Of a DNA stretch of 64,000 bases, positions 17,693 to 27,955 are shown piece by piece. The first letter of the stretch is position 1, and the number at the start of each line of letters is the position of its first letter. Both the position numbers and the translations under genes were made by a program. This DNA comes from a virus. The stretch covers positions 1 through 64,000 of IMG/VR virus record IMGVR_UViG_3300034684_000096, one strand, 5' to 3'. Under the pieces are notes generated by a model. It was not told where the DNA came from and did no database searches. It worked only from the letters and a program-made list of their open reading frames with translations.

Positions 17693-20473
17693 GTGACATT
17701 TACATTTGAAAAAGAACAGAAAGAAGTAGTTGACTTGTCACTACAGTTACAAGAGAACCCTTCAATAGCAAGTACTCCTATTTGTAATACTTGCCCTTTG
17801 GCTGACCATATGGATATGATGCCTGTACAAGGCGAGGGTAGAATGAGAATACTGGTTGTACTCTCTCATCCTACTAAAGGTGACTTTGACATGGGTGGCT
17901 ATATGGCTTCCCAACAATTTACCCACATGGCAAATTATCTTGATAAGTTTGGAGTAGATATCAATAGAGATTGTTGGATTACTTCAGCAGTTAGATGTAA
18001 AACCAAAGGGCAGGTTCCTGAGAAGAAAGTATTTGACTGTTGTAGACCTATGCTATATAGAACAGTACAACAAAAGAAACCTTTTGTAGTATTCATTGTT
18101 GGCAGAAATGCCATGTATGGTTGGAAAGGGCACCAATTCTCTATTCCACCAAGAGCACCGAACGGATACAATACCTATGGAAATGACTCTGATTATACCC
18201 GATGGGTGATGAATCAGATACCTGATGCTGAGTATGCTTTTGATTATAATGGATACCCTATTAGACCAGTGGTAATGCCATTGTTTAATCCTGCAGATGT
18301 TTCAAATGCCGAAAGAAGTAATATGAAGAGAAACCGTACTACTTCTGTGTTGCCTTCTAGACAAATGCGTATGATTGAAAATGGTATTAACTTAGCTGTG
18401 CAGATTAATAAAGACCCTATTGCTCATAGTAGAAACCAGCAGAGTCTTTATAGTAAGCATTCAAAAACTGTGGTTATTAAGTCTGAAGTAGAAGCTATTA
18501 AAGTATTGAAAGAACTTAATACTCGGAGAATGATTGCATTTGATTATGAAACGACAGGTATTAAACCATATAACAAAGCACATGCAATTAAGATGGTTGG
18601 TATTGCTGATGGAGAGTATTCTTATGCAATACCATTTTTCAATTCATCTGCGTTTCTTAACGCATATGAAGCATTAATGACTAATCCCTCAGTAAAGAAG
18701 ATTGCACATAACTTTAAATTTGAGTATGTGTGGACTAAGATTAAATTAGGGTTCGAAGTTACTCCTGTGTATTGGGATACTATGCTTGCTGCTCATATTA
18801 TTGATATGAGAGAAGGTGTTACAGGATTGAAAATGCAAGGGTATTTACAATTTGGGGATGCTGGTTATGAAAAGGTAACAAAGAAATTGCTTGGTCCAGT
18901 AGAAAAGCAGAAGAAGGGAAGGAAAAATACGAATGCGATAAACTGGCTTTCGTATCTCAATCCGTATAATCTGCACGAGAATGAAAAAACATGGGACTTG
19001 CTATTAAACTATGTAGCTGAAGATGCTTCATTAACCTTTGCTTTGTACCACAGACAGAAACAGTTGATGGCTAATCTAGATTTACCTCATTTGATGAAGG
19101 GAATGAAACTCTTTATGGAGAGTACAGTTACCTTAGCTGATATGGAGATGAATGGGTTTGTATTGGACATTGATGCACTTCATGCCAATAAGTTAGAAAT
19201 TAAGAAGCGTATGGATAGTCTTAAGCAAGAGATGTTTACTACTAAGGAGTATGGGGCTTGGATAGAGGCACATCCAGATAAAGACATTAATTTCAATAGT
19301 CCAAAGCAATTACAGGAATTCTTCTTTGAGTTGTTGAAATATAGGCCTACAAAGTTTACGAAGAGTGGATTGCCCTCTACCGATAAAGAAGCATTAACTG
19401 ATATTGGTTCTGAATTTGGTAATAAGTTGTTGGAGTATAACGTATTGGATAAGTTAGCCAATTCATTCCTTACTTCCTATGAGATGGAAATGAATGAAGA
19501 CGGGCATATACGTTCTATCTTCAATCTGAATAATGTTACTTCATATAGAACATCTGCTTCGAATATTAATGCCCAACAGGTGAGTCATCATTCTGTTGAG
19601 TCTAAATATGTGCTTAATTTACTGAAGCCACATTTTGGGCACAGGATGATGAACATGGACTTCAAATCACTGGAGGTTTATACTTCTGGTGCACATACTT
19701 GGATGGTGCATGATAAAGATAATAAATCACTTGAGGGGACATTAAAGAGGTATCTTGATGATTTAGCTACAGATATGCATAGAGATATTGCTTCTGAGAT
19801 ATTTATGGTAGCCCCAGAAGAGATAACTAAGGACCAACGAAATAGAGCAAAGAAGTTTACGTTTGGTACTACCTATGGTGCCGGAGTAAAGTCTCGTGCT
19901 CATAATCAGTGGAAAGATATGACTTCACAGGAGAAAGCACATCTTGCAGAAAATGGGATTAAGAACTATGATGATTTTGTCAATCATATTAAACAAATTG
20001 ATTATAATTTCTGGAATGTTCGTTTTAAGGAGTACGGTATTTGGAAACGTAGAATTTGGGAGTTCTATGTAAAATATGGGTACTTTGTAGGAATGACCGG
20101 ATTTTTATATACTGCTCCTGATTTGAATGAAAGAAATTGCTTGAACTTTGGTAGTCAGGGAGATAGTGCACATATCCTTTTGTCGATGGCAAATTTTGTG
20201 AATGCAGAATTAAAGAAGCATAAATTACAGTCTAGGCTAATCTGTCAAGTACATGATTCCTTAATGATTTCAGTTATCGATAGTGAAATTCCTTTTATAT
20301 TTAGTAAGGTATCAGAATTCTTGAAAAACTTATACAAAGTATATCCTTTTACTGAAGGTTTTAATTACATGATAGAATGTGAGTTATCTGATATTAACGG
20401 AAATTGGGGTGAAGTAAAAGAGGTAGCTAAGATTAATGGAGATGGAGTGATTTACCTTAACAAGGAGGAGTAA
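17693..20473 (+). CDS. polA: family-A DNA polymerase with N-terminal uracil-DNA-glycosylase-like and 3'-5' exonuclease domains
   Basis: CxxCPL...AVRC...CC N-terminus; DYETTG, AHNFKFE, YVAED; DFKSLE, RNRAKKFTFGTTYG, QVHDS. Confidence 0.92.
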   Translation: MTFTFEKEQKEVVDLSLQLQENPSIASTPICNTCPLADHMDMMPVQGEGRMRILVVLSHPTKGDFDMGGYMASQQFTHMANYLDKFGVDINRDCWITSAVRCKTKGQVPEKKVFDCCRPMLYRTVQQKKPFVVFIVGRNAMYGWKGHQFSIPPRAPNGYNTYGNDSDYTRWVMNQIPDAEYAFDYNGYPIRPVVMPLFNPADVSNAERSNMKRNRTTSVLPSRQMRMIENGINLAVQINKDPIAHSRNQQSLYSKHSKTVVIKSEVEAIKVLKELNTRRMIAFDYETTGIKPYNKAHAIKMVGIADGEYSYAIPFFNSSAFLNAYEALMTNPSVKKIAHNFKFEYVWTKIKLGFEVTPVYWDTMLAAHIIDMREGVTGLKMQGYLQFGDAGYEKVTKKLLGPVEKQKKGRKNTNAINWLSYLNPYNLHENEKTWDLLLNYVAEDASLTFALYHRQKQLMANLDLPHLMKGMKLFMESTVTLADMEMNGFVLDIDALHANKLEIKKRMDSLKQEMFTTKEYGAWIEAHPDKDINFNSPKQLQEFFFELLKYRPTKFTKSGLPSTDKEALTDIGSEFGNKLLEYNVLDKLANSFLTSYEMEMNEDGHIRSIFNLNNVTSYRTSASNINAQQVSHHSVESKYVLNLLKPHFGHRMMNMDFKSLEVYTSGAHTWMVHDKDNKSLEGTLKRYLDDLATDMHRDIASEIFMVAPEEITKDQRNRAKKFTFGTTYGAGVKSRAHNQWKDMTSQEKAHLAENGIKNYDDFVNHIKQIDYNFWNVRFKEYGIWKRRIWEFYVKYGYFVGMTGFLYTAPDLNERNCLNFGSQGDSAHILLSMANFVNAELKKHKLQSRLICQVHDSLMISVIDSEIPFIFSKVSEFLKNLYKVYPFTEGFNYMIECELSDINGNWGEVKEVAKINGDGVIYLNKEE

Positions 20474-20701
20474 ATGCCAACAGTAGATAATGGCTACACA
20501 GTATACGAATATAAGGGATACAAAATTTATCTTATACGAGATAATGATTATACTTCATACACAGTGTTTCGTATATGTGATGGGTATGAAGTAGATTCCG
20601 GGTATCTTTATGTATCAATGCCAAAGACATTAAAAGATATTAAAACATCTATTGATGATTTTGATTATGATTGTATAAGTGAAGATGATGATTATGAATA
20701 G
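20474..20701 (+). CDS. hypothetical protein
   Basis: GGAGG RBS, abuts polymerase stop. Confidence 0.65.
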   Translation: MPTVDNGYTVYEYKGYKIYLIRDNDYTSYTVFRICDGYEVDSGYLYVSMPKTLKDIKTSIDDFDYDCISEDDDYE

Positions 20702-20753
20702 GGGCTTGACAAAAGATTAAAAATATGATAGTATTAATCATGGAGGATTAAGA

Positions 20754-21014
20754 ATGGTAAAAGCGTTTGGTTTAGTGTATTTGACTGAAGAAGAGATGGA
20801 AAATGAGAAGTTGAGGAAGAAATATCCTGATGCGTTGTTAGCCCGTCCGTATACTATGTTGTATGGCACAGGAAAATTTACTCATGAGGTAACCTTTACT
20901 TCTTCTGGGTATAATCGTAAGGAAAGGCGTGCTTTGGCTAATAAGAGAAAGTATAATACCCGTGGATTTCCTTCTGGATATAATGCAAATACGGTACATA
21001 AGTATTGGGAGTAA
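20754..21014 (+). CDS. hypothetical protein
   Basis: Own promoter (TTGACA 20706) and GGAGG RBS. Confidence 0.65.
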   Translation: MVKAFGLVYLTEEEMENEKLRKKYPDALLARPYTMLYGTGKFTHEVTFTSSGYNRKERRALANKRKYNTRGFPSGYNANTVHKYWE

Positions 21015-21403
21015 GGCATCAATCCAAAGCCAATAGGCGTAGAAGAAAGAATAAATGCGCTCTATGTGGTAGAGGCAGAAATGATGGAGTAACTTTAACT
21101 ACTCATCATGTCTTTCACGGCAAGAAATTTAAAGGAGTGTCAGACAAAAACGGGTTTGTTTTGACACTATGCTGGGATTGTCATAAGAAACTTCATTCCT
21201 CTCGTGTCATAGATAAGAAAGTACAACAAATGATGCAGTATGAGTATGAAAAGACTCATACACGAGAAGAATTTATTGAGTTGATGAGTAAGAGTTGGCT
21301 TACTGAAGAAGATGAAAGAAGGATTGAAGAGGACAGAAGATTGGCAATGGCGGTTTCTGTTGCAATTAAAGAAATAGCCCTTGACAAAAGTAGAAAAGTA
21401 TGA
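21005..21403 (+). CDS. HNH-like zinc-binding protein
   Basis: CALC...THHVF...LCWDCH. Confidence 0.75.
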   Translation: MGVRHQSKANRRRRKNKCALCGRGRNDGVTLTTHHVFHGKKFKGVSDKNGFVLTLCWDCHKKLHSSRVIDKKVQQMMQYEYEKTHTREEFIELMSKSWLTEEDERRIEEDRRLAMAVSVAIKEIALDKSRKV

Positions 21404-21435
21404 TACTATATAGAAAGTATAGGACGGAGGAATAA

Positions 21436-21885
21436 ATGGAAATGGAACTATTGTCCTTAGAGACAATTAAAACAGTATTCTCACAAATAAATTTTAACAA
21501 AGAAGATGGTGTTGTTGTACGTTCTAATTTTAACTTAGAAGTAGATAGACAAGGCGGTCTAACTGTTGAATATGGGTATATCTGGGCACAGGCTGGAAAG
21601 ATGAAACTGAAAGCTGAGCGTCAGGTGAAAATGGTTCGGGCACAGGTAGAGTTAGAATATCGCTCTGGTGAACGAGGTAATCCAAATGAGAAGAAGACAG
21701 AAGCATCTATTAAAGCATTGGTAGAGACTGATGCAGATGTAGCTATGGCAGAGAAGATTCTTATTGAAGCCACTTACTGGTATAACATTGCCACGAATTA
21801 TGATAAGGCAATTAGTCAGAGAATGGATTTGATTAGAATTATTAGTAAAGATATGAATAAAGACACTACACAGTATAGCAATTAA
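21436..21885 (+). CDS. UvsY-like recombination mediator
   Basis: Helical protein with KKTEASIKALV..D motif, upstream of SSB and RecA. Confidence 0.6.
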   Translation: MEMELLSLETIKTVFSQINFNKEDGVVVRSNFNLEVDRQGGLTVEYGYIWAQAGKMKLKAERQVKMVRAQVELEYRSGERGNPNEKKTEASIKALVETDADVAMAEKILIEATYWYNIATNYDKAISQRMDLIRIISKDMNKDTTQYSN

Positions 21886-21936
21886 TCTACGTTGTAGATT
21901 GCGCAAAATTAGTAGTAACGTAATAGGAGAAACAAA

Positions 21937-23049
21937 ATGCAAACAATTCAGCAGTATTATTCAGAGAGCTATGAAGGAAGTTCAAGCTTGGGTAAGGGAG
22001 ATAAGGAATTCTCTCTTAAGTTTCCGGAAGATGTATCGGTATTCAAACTGAAACCCGATGTAACAAATGTGATTGATATTATCCCATTTAAGATTGTAGG
22101 GGACAAGCATCCACTTGTACACGCAAGAAAGATTCAGGGTGATGGTTCTGAATATGACGATATCTTCATGTACTATGAACACAGTTATATGAATGATAAT
22201 GGAGATAGTGTACTCTGTCCTAACAAGATGTACGGTGAACCATGTCCTATTTGCGAAGAGAGAAAGAGGATTGCAGAAATTTCACCAGATGGTTGGAAGG
22301 ATGAGCGAGTGAAGGCATTGAAGCCTAAAGCTAAGGTAGCTATGAATGTCATTGATTGGAAGGAACGTTCCAAAGGTATTCAGATTTGGACTGGTTCTGC
22401 TTTCAGGGATAGAAATGGTTTGCTTGACGGTTCTAAGTTGAATCGTGATGACCAGTTTGATACAAATGTTCAACTTGCAAAAGAAGGAGATACATTTAAG
22501 ATTGCGGTTAGGGATTGGAGAACAAAGCAGGTTATTGAAACTGAGCATATTTACTTCCAGTCACCTACCAATGGTTTCGGTGTAGCAATTCCTGCTAAGA
22601 GTGATACATTTGACGGGCATGAGTTTGTAAAGCCTGTATCGTTTAGCCTTAAGCCTCGTGAACAGCAGTACAAGAGAGATATCGTTGACAAGGCATACAA
22701 TATTCCAGAATTCTTGAATATTAAGACCTATGATGAAATTGCTTCCCTGTTCTTCGATGTTGATAAGCCAGATATGGACGACGATGGTGATTACTCCCCA
22801 AGTGCTCCAGCATTGGATGTAATGCCAACGAAGCCACAGGAAACTGTTACCGAAGAAGCTCCGATTAAGCCAGTGAGCGCAGTTGCTGAACCAGCAGAAG
22901 CTCCAGAGCTGAGTGGGAAACTTTGTTCTTACGGTAAGAAGTTTGGTCTTGATTATGAGAAGTGCTCTGAGTGTGATGACTGCTTGGAAAACAATGTGGC
23001 TCAATATTCAAAGTGTGCTAAAGCAAGTCAAGCATTGGCAAAGCTGTAA
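21937..23049 (+). CDS. single-stranded DNA-binding protein (gp32-like)
   Basis: H...CP.....CPIC zinc site, NVID, acidic/Pro-rich linker, C-terminal Cys cluster. Confidence 0.7.
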   Translation: MQTIQQYYSESYEGSSSLGKGDKEFSLKFPEDVSVFKLKPDVTNVIDIIPFKIVGDKHPLVHARKIQGDGSEYDDIFMYYEHSYMNDNGDSVLCPNKMYGEPCPICEERKRIAEISPDGWKDERVKALKPKAKVAMNVIDWKERSKGIQIWTGSAFRDRNGLLDGSKLNRDDQFDTNVQLAKEGDTFKIAVRDWRTKQVIETEHIYFQSPTNGFGVAIPAKSDTFDGHEFVKPVSFSLKPREQQYKRDIVDKAYNIPEFLNIKTYDEIASLFFDVDKPDMDDDGDYSPSAPALDVMPTKPQETVTEEAPIKPVSAVAEPAEAPELSGKLCSYGKKFGLDYEKCSECDDCLENNVAQYSKCAKASQALAKL

Positions 23050-23065
23050 GGCTAAGGAGTAGTGT

Positions 23066-24154
23066 GTGGAAGATAAAGACGTTAAAATTTTAAAAGAGTT
23101 TTATGAAATCGACCCTGACGCCCCGTATTATCCTACGGGCGTCACACTTCTCGACGAAGTGGCTGGTGGAGGTCTCGGAATGGGACTTCCCGGCGGTAAA
23201 TTCATAAATGTAGCAGGCGCGGAAGGTGGCGGCAAAACTTTTCTGGCTTGGCATATCATTGCAGCAAATGTATATTACTGGAAAAAGCGTGGAGTTAATT
23301 TCAAATGGATGTATGATGATGCAGAGCATGGCTCTACTCTAGATGTATATTCGTTGTATGGCATTGAAGATTATGAGGACCATATTGTTTCTTCTTCAAC
23401 GGTAGAAGAGTATCATTTGAATATGAATAAATTCTTAGATACGATTGAGGAAGGGGAGAGAGGTATTTATATCCTAGATTCTTTTGACCCACTGAAGACA
23501 GAGAATGATGTTAGTGAGGTTAATAAAGACTTGGATAAGATGGCTGATGGTAAGTTTGAGAAACGTGGCTCATATGATATGGCGAAACAAAAGTACATGT
23601 CGTCTCGATTCTTTCCTCAAATTACTACAAAGCTAGCTAACAAGCACGCTATTGGTATTGTGATATCACAGGTGAGATATAATGTCAGTGGCATGGGAGC
23701 GCAGTTTACTATCAGTGGTGGAAAAGCATTAGACCATGGATACAATACTCGCTTGATGCTTACGAAACAGAGACCTATCCAAATTACCTCTGAAGGGGAA
23801 ACACTAGATATTGGTGCCGGAGTAAAGATTAAATTGTTGAAGAATAAATGTCCTAGACCAAACAGAGAGTGCCAACTTGACATCTTCTTCACCAAAGGTG
23901 TTGATGATGTAGGAGCTTGTGTTGATTATCTCTATCAGTTGAAAACCACTACAGGTCAGGTTTCTAAGCGAGCAAGTATTGAGTGGGATGACCAAACATT
24001 CAAAACAAGAGAATCTTTTATTAAGTATATTTATGAAAATAAGTTAGTGAAAGAATTGAGGAAAAGGACTATTGAACGCTGGGAAAGGTTAGAAGAAGTA
24101 GCAAAAGAAAAAGCATCTTCTAGTATACCAGAACAGCAATTTGATTGGGATTAA
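23066..24154 (+). CDS. recA: RecA/UvsX-like recombinase
   Basis: PTG...LD...GG.G.P.G, GAEGGGKT, DAEH, ISQVR, SGGKAL, KNK. Confidence 0.92.
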   Translation: MEDKDVKILKEFYEIDPDAPYYPTGVTLLDEVAGGGLGMGLPGGKFINVAGAEGGGKTFLAWHIIAANVYYWKKRGVNFKWMYDDAEHGSTLDVYSLYGIEDYEDHIVSSSTVEEYHLNMNKFLDTIEEGERGIYILDSFDPLKTENDVSEVNKDLDKMADGKFEKRGSYDMAKQKYMSSRFFPQITTKLANKHAIGIVISQVRYNVSGMGAQFTISGGKALDHGYNTRLMLTKQRPIQITSEGETLDIGAGVKIKLLKNKCPRPNRECQLDIFFTKGVDDVGACVDYLYQLKTTTGQVSKRASIEWDDQTFKTRESFIKYIYENKLVKELRKRTIERWERLEEVAKEKASSSIPEQQFDWD

Positions 24155-24165
24155 AGGAGTAAATT

Positions 24166-24357
24166 ATGACATTGATGGCAAAAACAAAAACAACTGATGC
24201 GGTATTTACTGATGTCCGCTATTATGTCATAACTTCTCGTCCAGATGGAACCGTTGGGGCTAACATTAGCTTCAACGGTAGTCCACCCGGAACATCTGAA
24301 TTCCATCTTGAGTTAGATGATATGAAGGATTTGAGTGTAAGAAGTTATGATAAGTAG
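24166..24357 (+). CDS. hypothetical protein
   Basis: AAGGAG RBS. Confidence 0.65.
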   Translation: MTLMAKTKTTDAVFTDVRYYVITSRPDGTVGANISFNGSPPGTSEFHLELDDMKDLSVRSYDK

Positions 24358-24856
24358 GGATAAAGAGAAAGAGATTAGAGATTTATTTCAGCAAGTGGTA
24401 GAAGGTAAGCCAATAAGCAAGAAAGATGCTCAACGAATTCTCAATTACATGAATAAGAAGTTAAAACCCATTAAACCTAGAAGCGCTAAGAATAAAGGTG
24501 CGAGATTACAGAAGATTACTTGTGAGATGATTAGTAAATATACACATATTCCTTGGGGGAGTGGTGATGACTTTCTTATTCGTTCACGAGAGATGGGTCT
24601 TAATGGTGTGGATGTGGTATTGAGGGGGGAAGCAAGAAAAGCTTTTCCCTTCAGTATTGAATGTAAGAATACTGAGTCTTTCTCATTGGTTGCAACAATT
24701 AAACAAGCATCAGAGAATACAAAAGAAGGAGATGATTGGCTAATTGTGCATAATAGTTCTAAATTAGAAAAACCAATAGTTATATTGGATATGGAAGCAT
24801 TTTTCAAAGCATATTTTAAGGAGAACAGAAATGAATTGGAACAAGGCATTAGATAA
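24347..24856 (+). CDS. Holliday junction resolvase-like nuclease (T5 D14-like)
   Basis: SAKNKG.RLQ, MGLNGVDV, FPFSIECKN, QA. Confidence 0.8.
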   Translation: MISRDKEKEIRDLFQQVVEGKPISKKDAQRILNYMNKKLKPIKPRSAKNKGARLQKITCEMISKYTHIPWGSGDDFLIRSREMGLNGVDVVLRGEARKAFPFSIECKNTESFSLVATIKQASENTKEGDDWLIVHNSSKLEKPIVILDMEAFFKAYFKENRNELEQGIR

Positions 24857-25199
24857 AGCATTAACTGAATTCATGTCCACAATGATTTTTACTCAAGTAG
24901 ATTACAAAGTAAGCTGTGAAGTATGTGAAGAAAATGATAAATTTGCGTATGTAGTAATTCATGATAAGGACAGTAGTGCAAAAACTAAATTTTATGATGC
25001 CTCCTCCTTAGAAGATGTGCTTGTGTTTATACTAGGTGTTGTAGCTAAATATAAAGAAACTCATGTAGTAGATAATGATATGCTCATGAGTATTTGGATT
25101 TGGCAAGTAATTGCTAAAGAAACCCAAGATATGGATGTTTATACAGTAGCGTCCTTTGCTGAAAGTCTTATAGATACTGTAATGGATGGAGTAATGTAA
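24831..25199 (+). CDS. hypothetical protein
   Basis: AAGGAG RBS, operon packing. Confidence 0.65.
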   Translation: MNWNKALDKALTEFMSTMIFTQVDYKVSCEVCEENDKFAYVVIHDKDSSAKTKFYDASSLEDVLVFILGVVAKYKETHVVDNDMLMSIWIWQVIAKETQDMDVYTVASFAESLIDTVMDGVM

Positions 25200-25663
25200 T
25201 GGATAATAGAAAGATACAGGATAAAGAATTAATGGAAGGATACTCCGTATTGACAAATAATCTCTTTCCTATTAAATCAAAATATGTGTTCCAGTTAGAA
25301 ACACTAACTGAGAAGGATACCATGTATGATAATGATTTATATGCAAGGATTAGTGTATTTTATAAAAATGGTGAACATTATGGGTTTACTAAGTTTTATC
25401 GGAGAAAAGTTCTAGAATCTGCATTGTTAATCCTTCTTGGAATGTTTTCACCGGATAAAGATGAAAAACTGACTGATGCACAAAAAGTAACAGAAGAAGC
25501 TTTAATGGAATGGTTAGCCAACTGTTCATTAAGTTTTAAGCAACGAAGAATGTTTGGAGAAGGACGGGCATTATTTACTGATGAAGGTACACCTTACGTT
25601 TTAGCTTTTATTGATGCAATGGCAGAAAGTGTACAGAACGTTATGGGGGATGAATATGCTTGA
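25199..25663 (+). CDS. hypothetical protein
   Basis: Stop-start overlap. Confidence 0.65.
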   Translation: MDNRKIQDKELMEGYSVLTNNLFPIKSKYVFQLETLTEKDTMYDNDLYARISVFYKNGEHYGFTKFYRRKVLESALLILLGMFSPDKDEKLTDAQKVTEEALMEWLANCSLSFKQRRMFGEGRALFTDEGTPYVLAFIDAMAESVQNVMGDEYA

Positions 25664-26822
25664 GAAAGTAATAGTACGGGGGTTTCAATCACATATTGAC
25701 ACAGAAATTGAGTTTGATGTGGGTATGAACCTCGTGAGAGGAGATAATGCTTCAGGCAAATCAGCTTTACGAAGAGCTATCTTTTGGGTATTGAAGAACA
25801 AACCATCTGGTGCAAGTTTTATAAACTGGAACTATGATGACAATGAAGTATGTGAAGTTACTATTGTATATAATGGTAATACTATTACTCGGCGTAGGTC
25901 TAGGAATGGTAAGGTAAATGAGTATGTATTGAATGGTGAAGTACTTACTGGATTTGGAGTAAATGTACCAGAACCCATACAAGACTTGCTAGGTCTTGAT
26001 GATACTAATATTGAACTTCAACATTCATCATTATTTATGCTTACTGAATCACCACCAGAGATGGCTCGGAGATTGAATAAGTTGACTAACCTAGAGGATA
26101 TTGATAAGGCTTTTACTTCTATCAGGAGAAGAAAACTTGATAATTCTAGAGAGATAAAAAATGCTGAACAGAAACTTGAAGATTTAAATACTGAGTTAGC
26201 ATCTTATGCGTTTCTCGAAGAAGCTGGAAAAGTAATAGCTGAACTAGAAGAAAAACAGGCATTATTGAAAGGCATTGAACAGAAGTATAATACTATTAAT
26301 GCCTTGATTGAAGAGATTATTGAAGCAAAGAGTAAACTTACTGAAGAGGCTCCGGTTGATGTAAAAACATTAGATACGGCTGTCACGTTAGTAAAAACTC
26401 TGTATAAAGAGTATGATGAAATTGATACATTGCTTATGACTATCAATAAATTAACAGTACTTCCTGTTCCTCATCATATTAGTTTAGAGACAATCAGTAA
26501 TTCAAGAGATAATCTGGTAGCGTTGTCTATGGATATTAGGCAATTAAATATGTTGTTTAGTGATATTAGAGAAAATACTATACTTCCTCTTCCACCTGTA
26601 AGTCTTGATGAACTTAACTTAACAAATGTAAAGAAAGCGATTAATGAATACATGGAAGTACAGACATTGCTTAATCGATTGGATGAAACAAAAACTATGT
26701 TGGAAGCAGGTAAATTTAAACTTTCTCATTTAGAAGAAGAGTATGATAAGATAAAACCAGAGACTTGTCCACTGTGTGGAAGCCCATTTGGAGGAAACCA
26801 TGAAAGTAATCATGTTGGCTGA
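25656..26822 (+). CDS. sbcC: SbcC/Rad50-like ATPase, N-terminal half (Walker A, coiled coil, zinc hook)
   Basis: FQSH, GDNASGKS, Q-loop, terminal CPLCG; no Walker B. Confidence 0.85.
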   Translation: MLEKVIVRGFQSHIDTEIEFDVGMNLVRGDNASGKSALRRAIFWVLKNKPSGASFINWNYDDNEVCEVTIVYNGNTITRRRSRNGKVNEYVLNGEVLTGFGVNVPEPIQDLLGLDDTNIELQHSSLFMLTESPPEMARRLNKLTNLEDIDKAFTSIRRRKLDNSREIKNAEQKLEDLNTELASYAFLEEAGKVIAELEEKQALLKGIEQKYNTINALIEEIIEAKSKLTEEAPVDVKTLDTAVTLVKTLYKEYDEIDTLLMTINKLTVLPVPHHISLETISNSRDNLVALSMDIRQLNMLFSDIRENTILPLPPVSLDELNLTNVKKAINEYMEVQTLLNRLDETKTMLEAGKFKLSHLEEEYDKIKPETCPLCGSPFGGNHESNHVG

Positions 26823-27693
26823 TTTGCATTTTAAGACAGATAACCCTATTTGTAGAACAGATAACTATTTTGAGACAGCATTGAGGAAGTTCAGTTGGGT
26901 GAAAGAGCAAGCTGGAGAAGATGGTATTATTCTTATCGCTGGAGATATTTTTGATACAGGAAAGCCACAGTCTTATTTGAAGATGTATCACAGTATGAAT
27001 ACTCCCTTTTCAAAGAATGTAAAAACTATTGCCGGTAACCATGATATTAGTTATAAGTCAATGTCTTATGTGAATGAAACAGCATATGGTGCATTATCAG
27101 CAATTACTGGTATGCACATAGACAAGCCGTTCATTCTCAATGATGAGTATGAAGTACATGGTTTTAACTTTGGTGAAGAGATTGAACACAGGAAGCCAGT
27201 GTTTGGCAGAAAGATGATTGCAATGACTCATCAATTTGTATATACACAAAAACTTCCGTTCGATATTGGAATACATGCCTTAGACCTCTTGACAAATTAT
27301 CCAGAATATGATATTATATTAAGTGGTGATAACCATCAACATTTTATCTATAACTATGATGGAAGAACGTTAGTAAACCCCGGTTCATTGTTGCGTATGG
27401 ATGCTGACCAGATTGACTTCAAACCTCAGATGGTTGTATTGGAAGATGGAAAAATTTCTACGGTACCAATTCCTATTGAGGAAAATGCTGTAAGTAGAAA
27501 ACATTTGGATTTACGAGAATCTGCTAGTCTTGCTAGAGATAACATGATAGCATATTTGGAATTGGCAAAATCATCAGATAAAGAAACCTATGATTTTCTT
27601 TCTCTTTTACAGGAACGGATTCTTACTATTGATGATATGAAAACAAAAGAAATTCTCACAGATGTGTATGTAGAATTAAAAGACGCTAAATAA
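26800..27693 (+). CDS. sbcD: SbcD/Mre11-like metallophosphoesterase nuclease
   Basis: ADLH, AGDIFD, GNHD, GDNH, NPGS. Confidence 0.9.
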   Translation: MKVIMLADLHFKTDNPICRTDNYFETALRKFSWVKEQAGEDGIILIAGDIFDTGKPQSYLKMYHSMNTPFSKNVKTIAGNHDISYKSMSYVNETAYGALSAITGMHIDKPFILNDEYEVHGFNFGEEIEHRKPVFGRKMIAMTHQFVYTQKLPFDIGIHALDLLTNYPEYDIILSGDNHQHFIYNYDGRTLVNPGSLLRMDADQIDFKPQMVVLEDGKISTVPIPIEENAVSRKHLDLRESASLARDNMIAYLELAKSSDKETYDFLSLLQERILTIDDMKTKEILTDVYVELKDAK

Positions 27694-27698
27694 GGAGT

Positions 27699-27953
27699 AT
27701 GGATATGGAACATGATAATGAGATTAGACGACTAGAAGAATTTAAGAAGAAGATTGAAGAGCGTGTTGCTGAAAATCAAAGAACGGAAGCAAGACTTGAA
27801 ACATTGTTAGACCAAGCGAATTCTCGCTATGGTAAGAAGACTGTTGAAGAATTGGAAGCATATAGAGATGAAGTATATGCGAAGTATAATAAGGCCATGG
27901 AAGAGGTAAAGAGTCTTAATGCACAACTAAGCACATTCTTTGCAGGAGTATAA
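27699..27953 (+). CDS. small coiled-coil protein (possible middle piece of split SbcC)
   Basis: 84 aa heptad pattern between sbcD and the SbcC C-half. Confidence 0.7.
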   Translation: MDMEHDNEIRRLEEFKKKIEERVAENQRTEARLETLLDQANSRYGKKTVEELEAYRDEVYAKYNKAMEEVKSLNAQLSTFFAGV

Positions 27954-27955
27954 TA

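Noticed and set aside
17693-20473. Intron or intein in the polymerase; 2-aminoadenine (Z-genome) system
   Set aside because: ORF is continuous with normal motif spacing; no PurZ or dATPase recognised in the window
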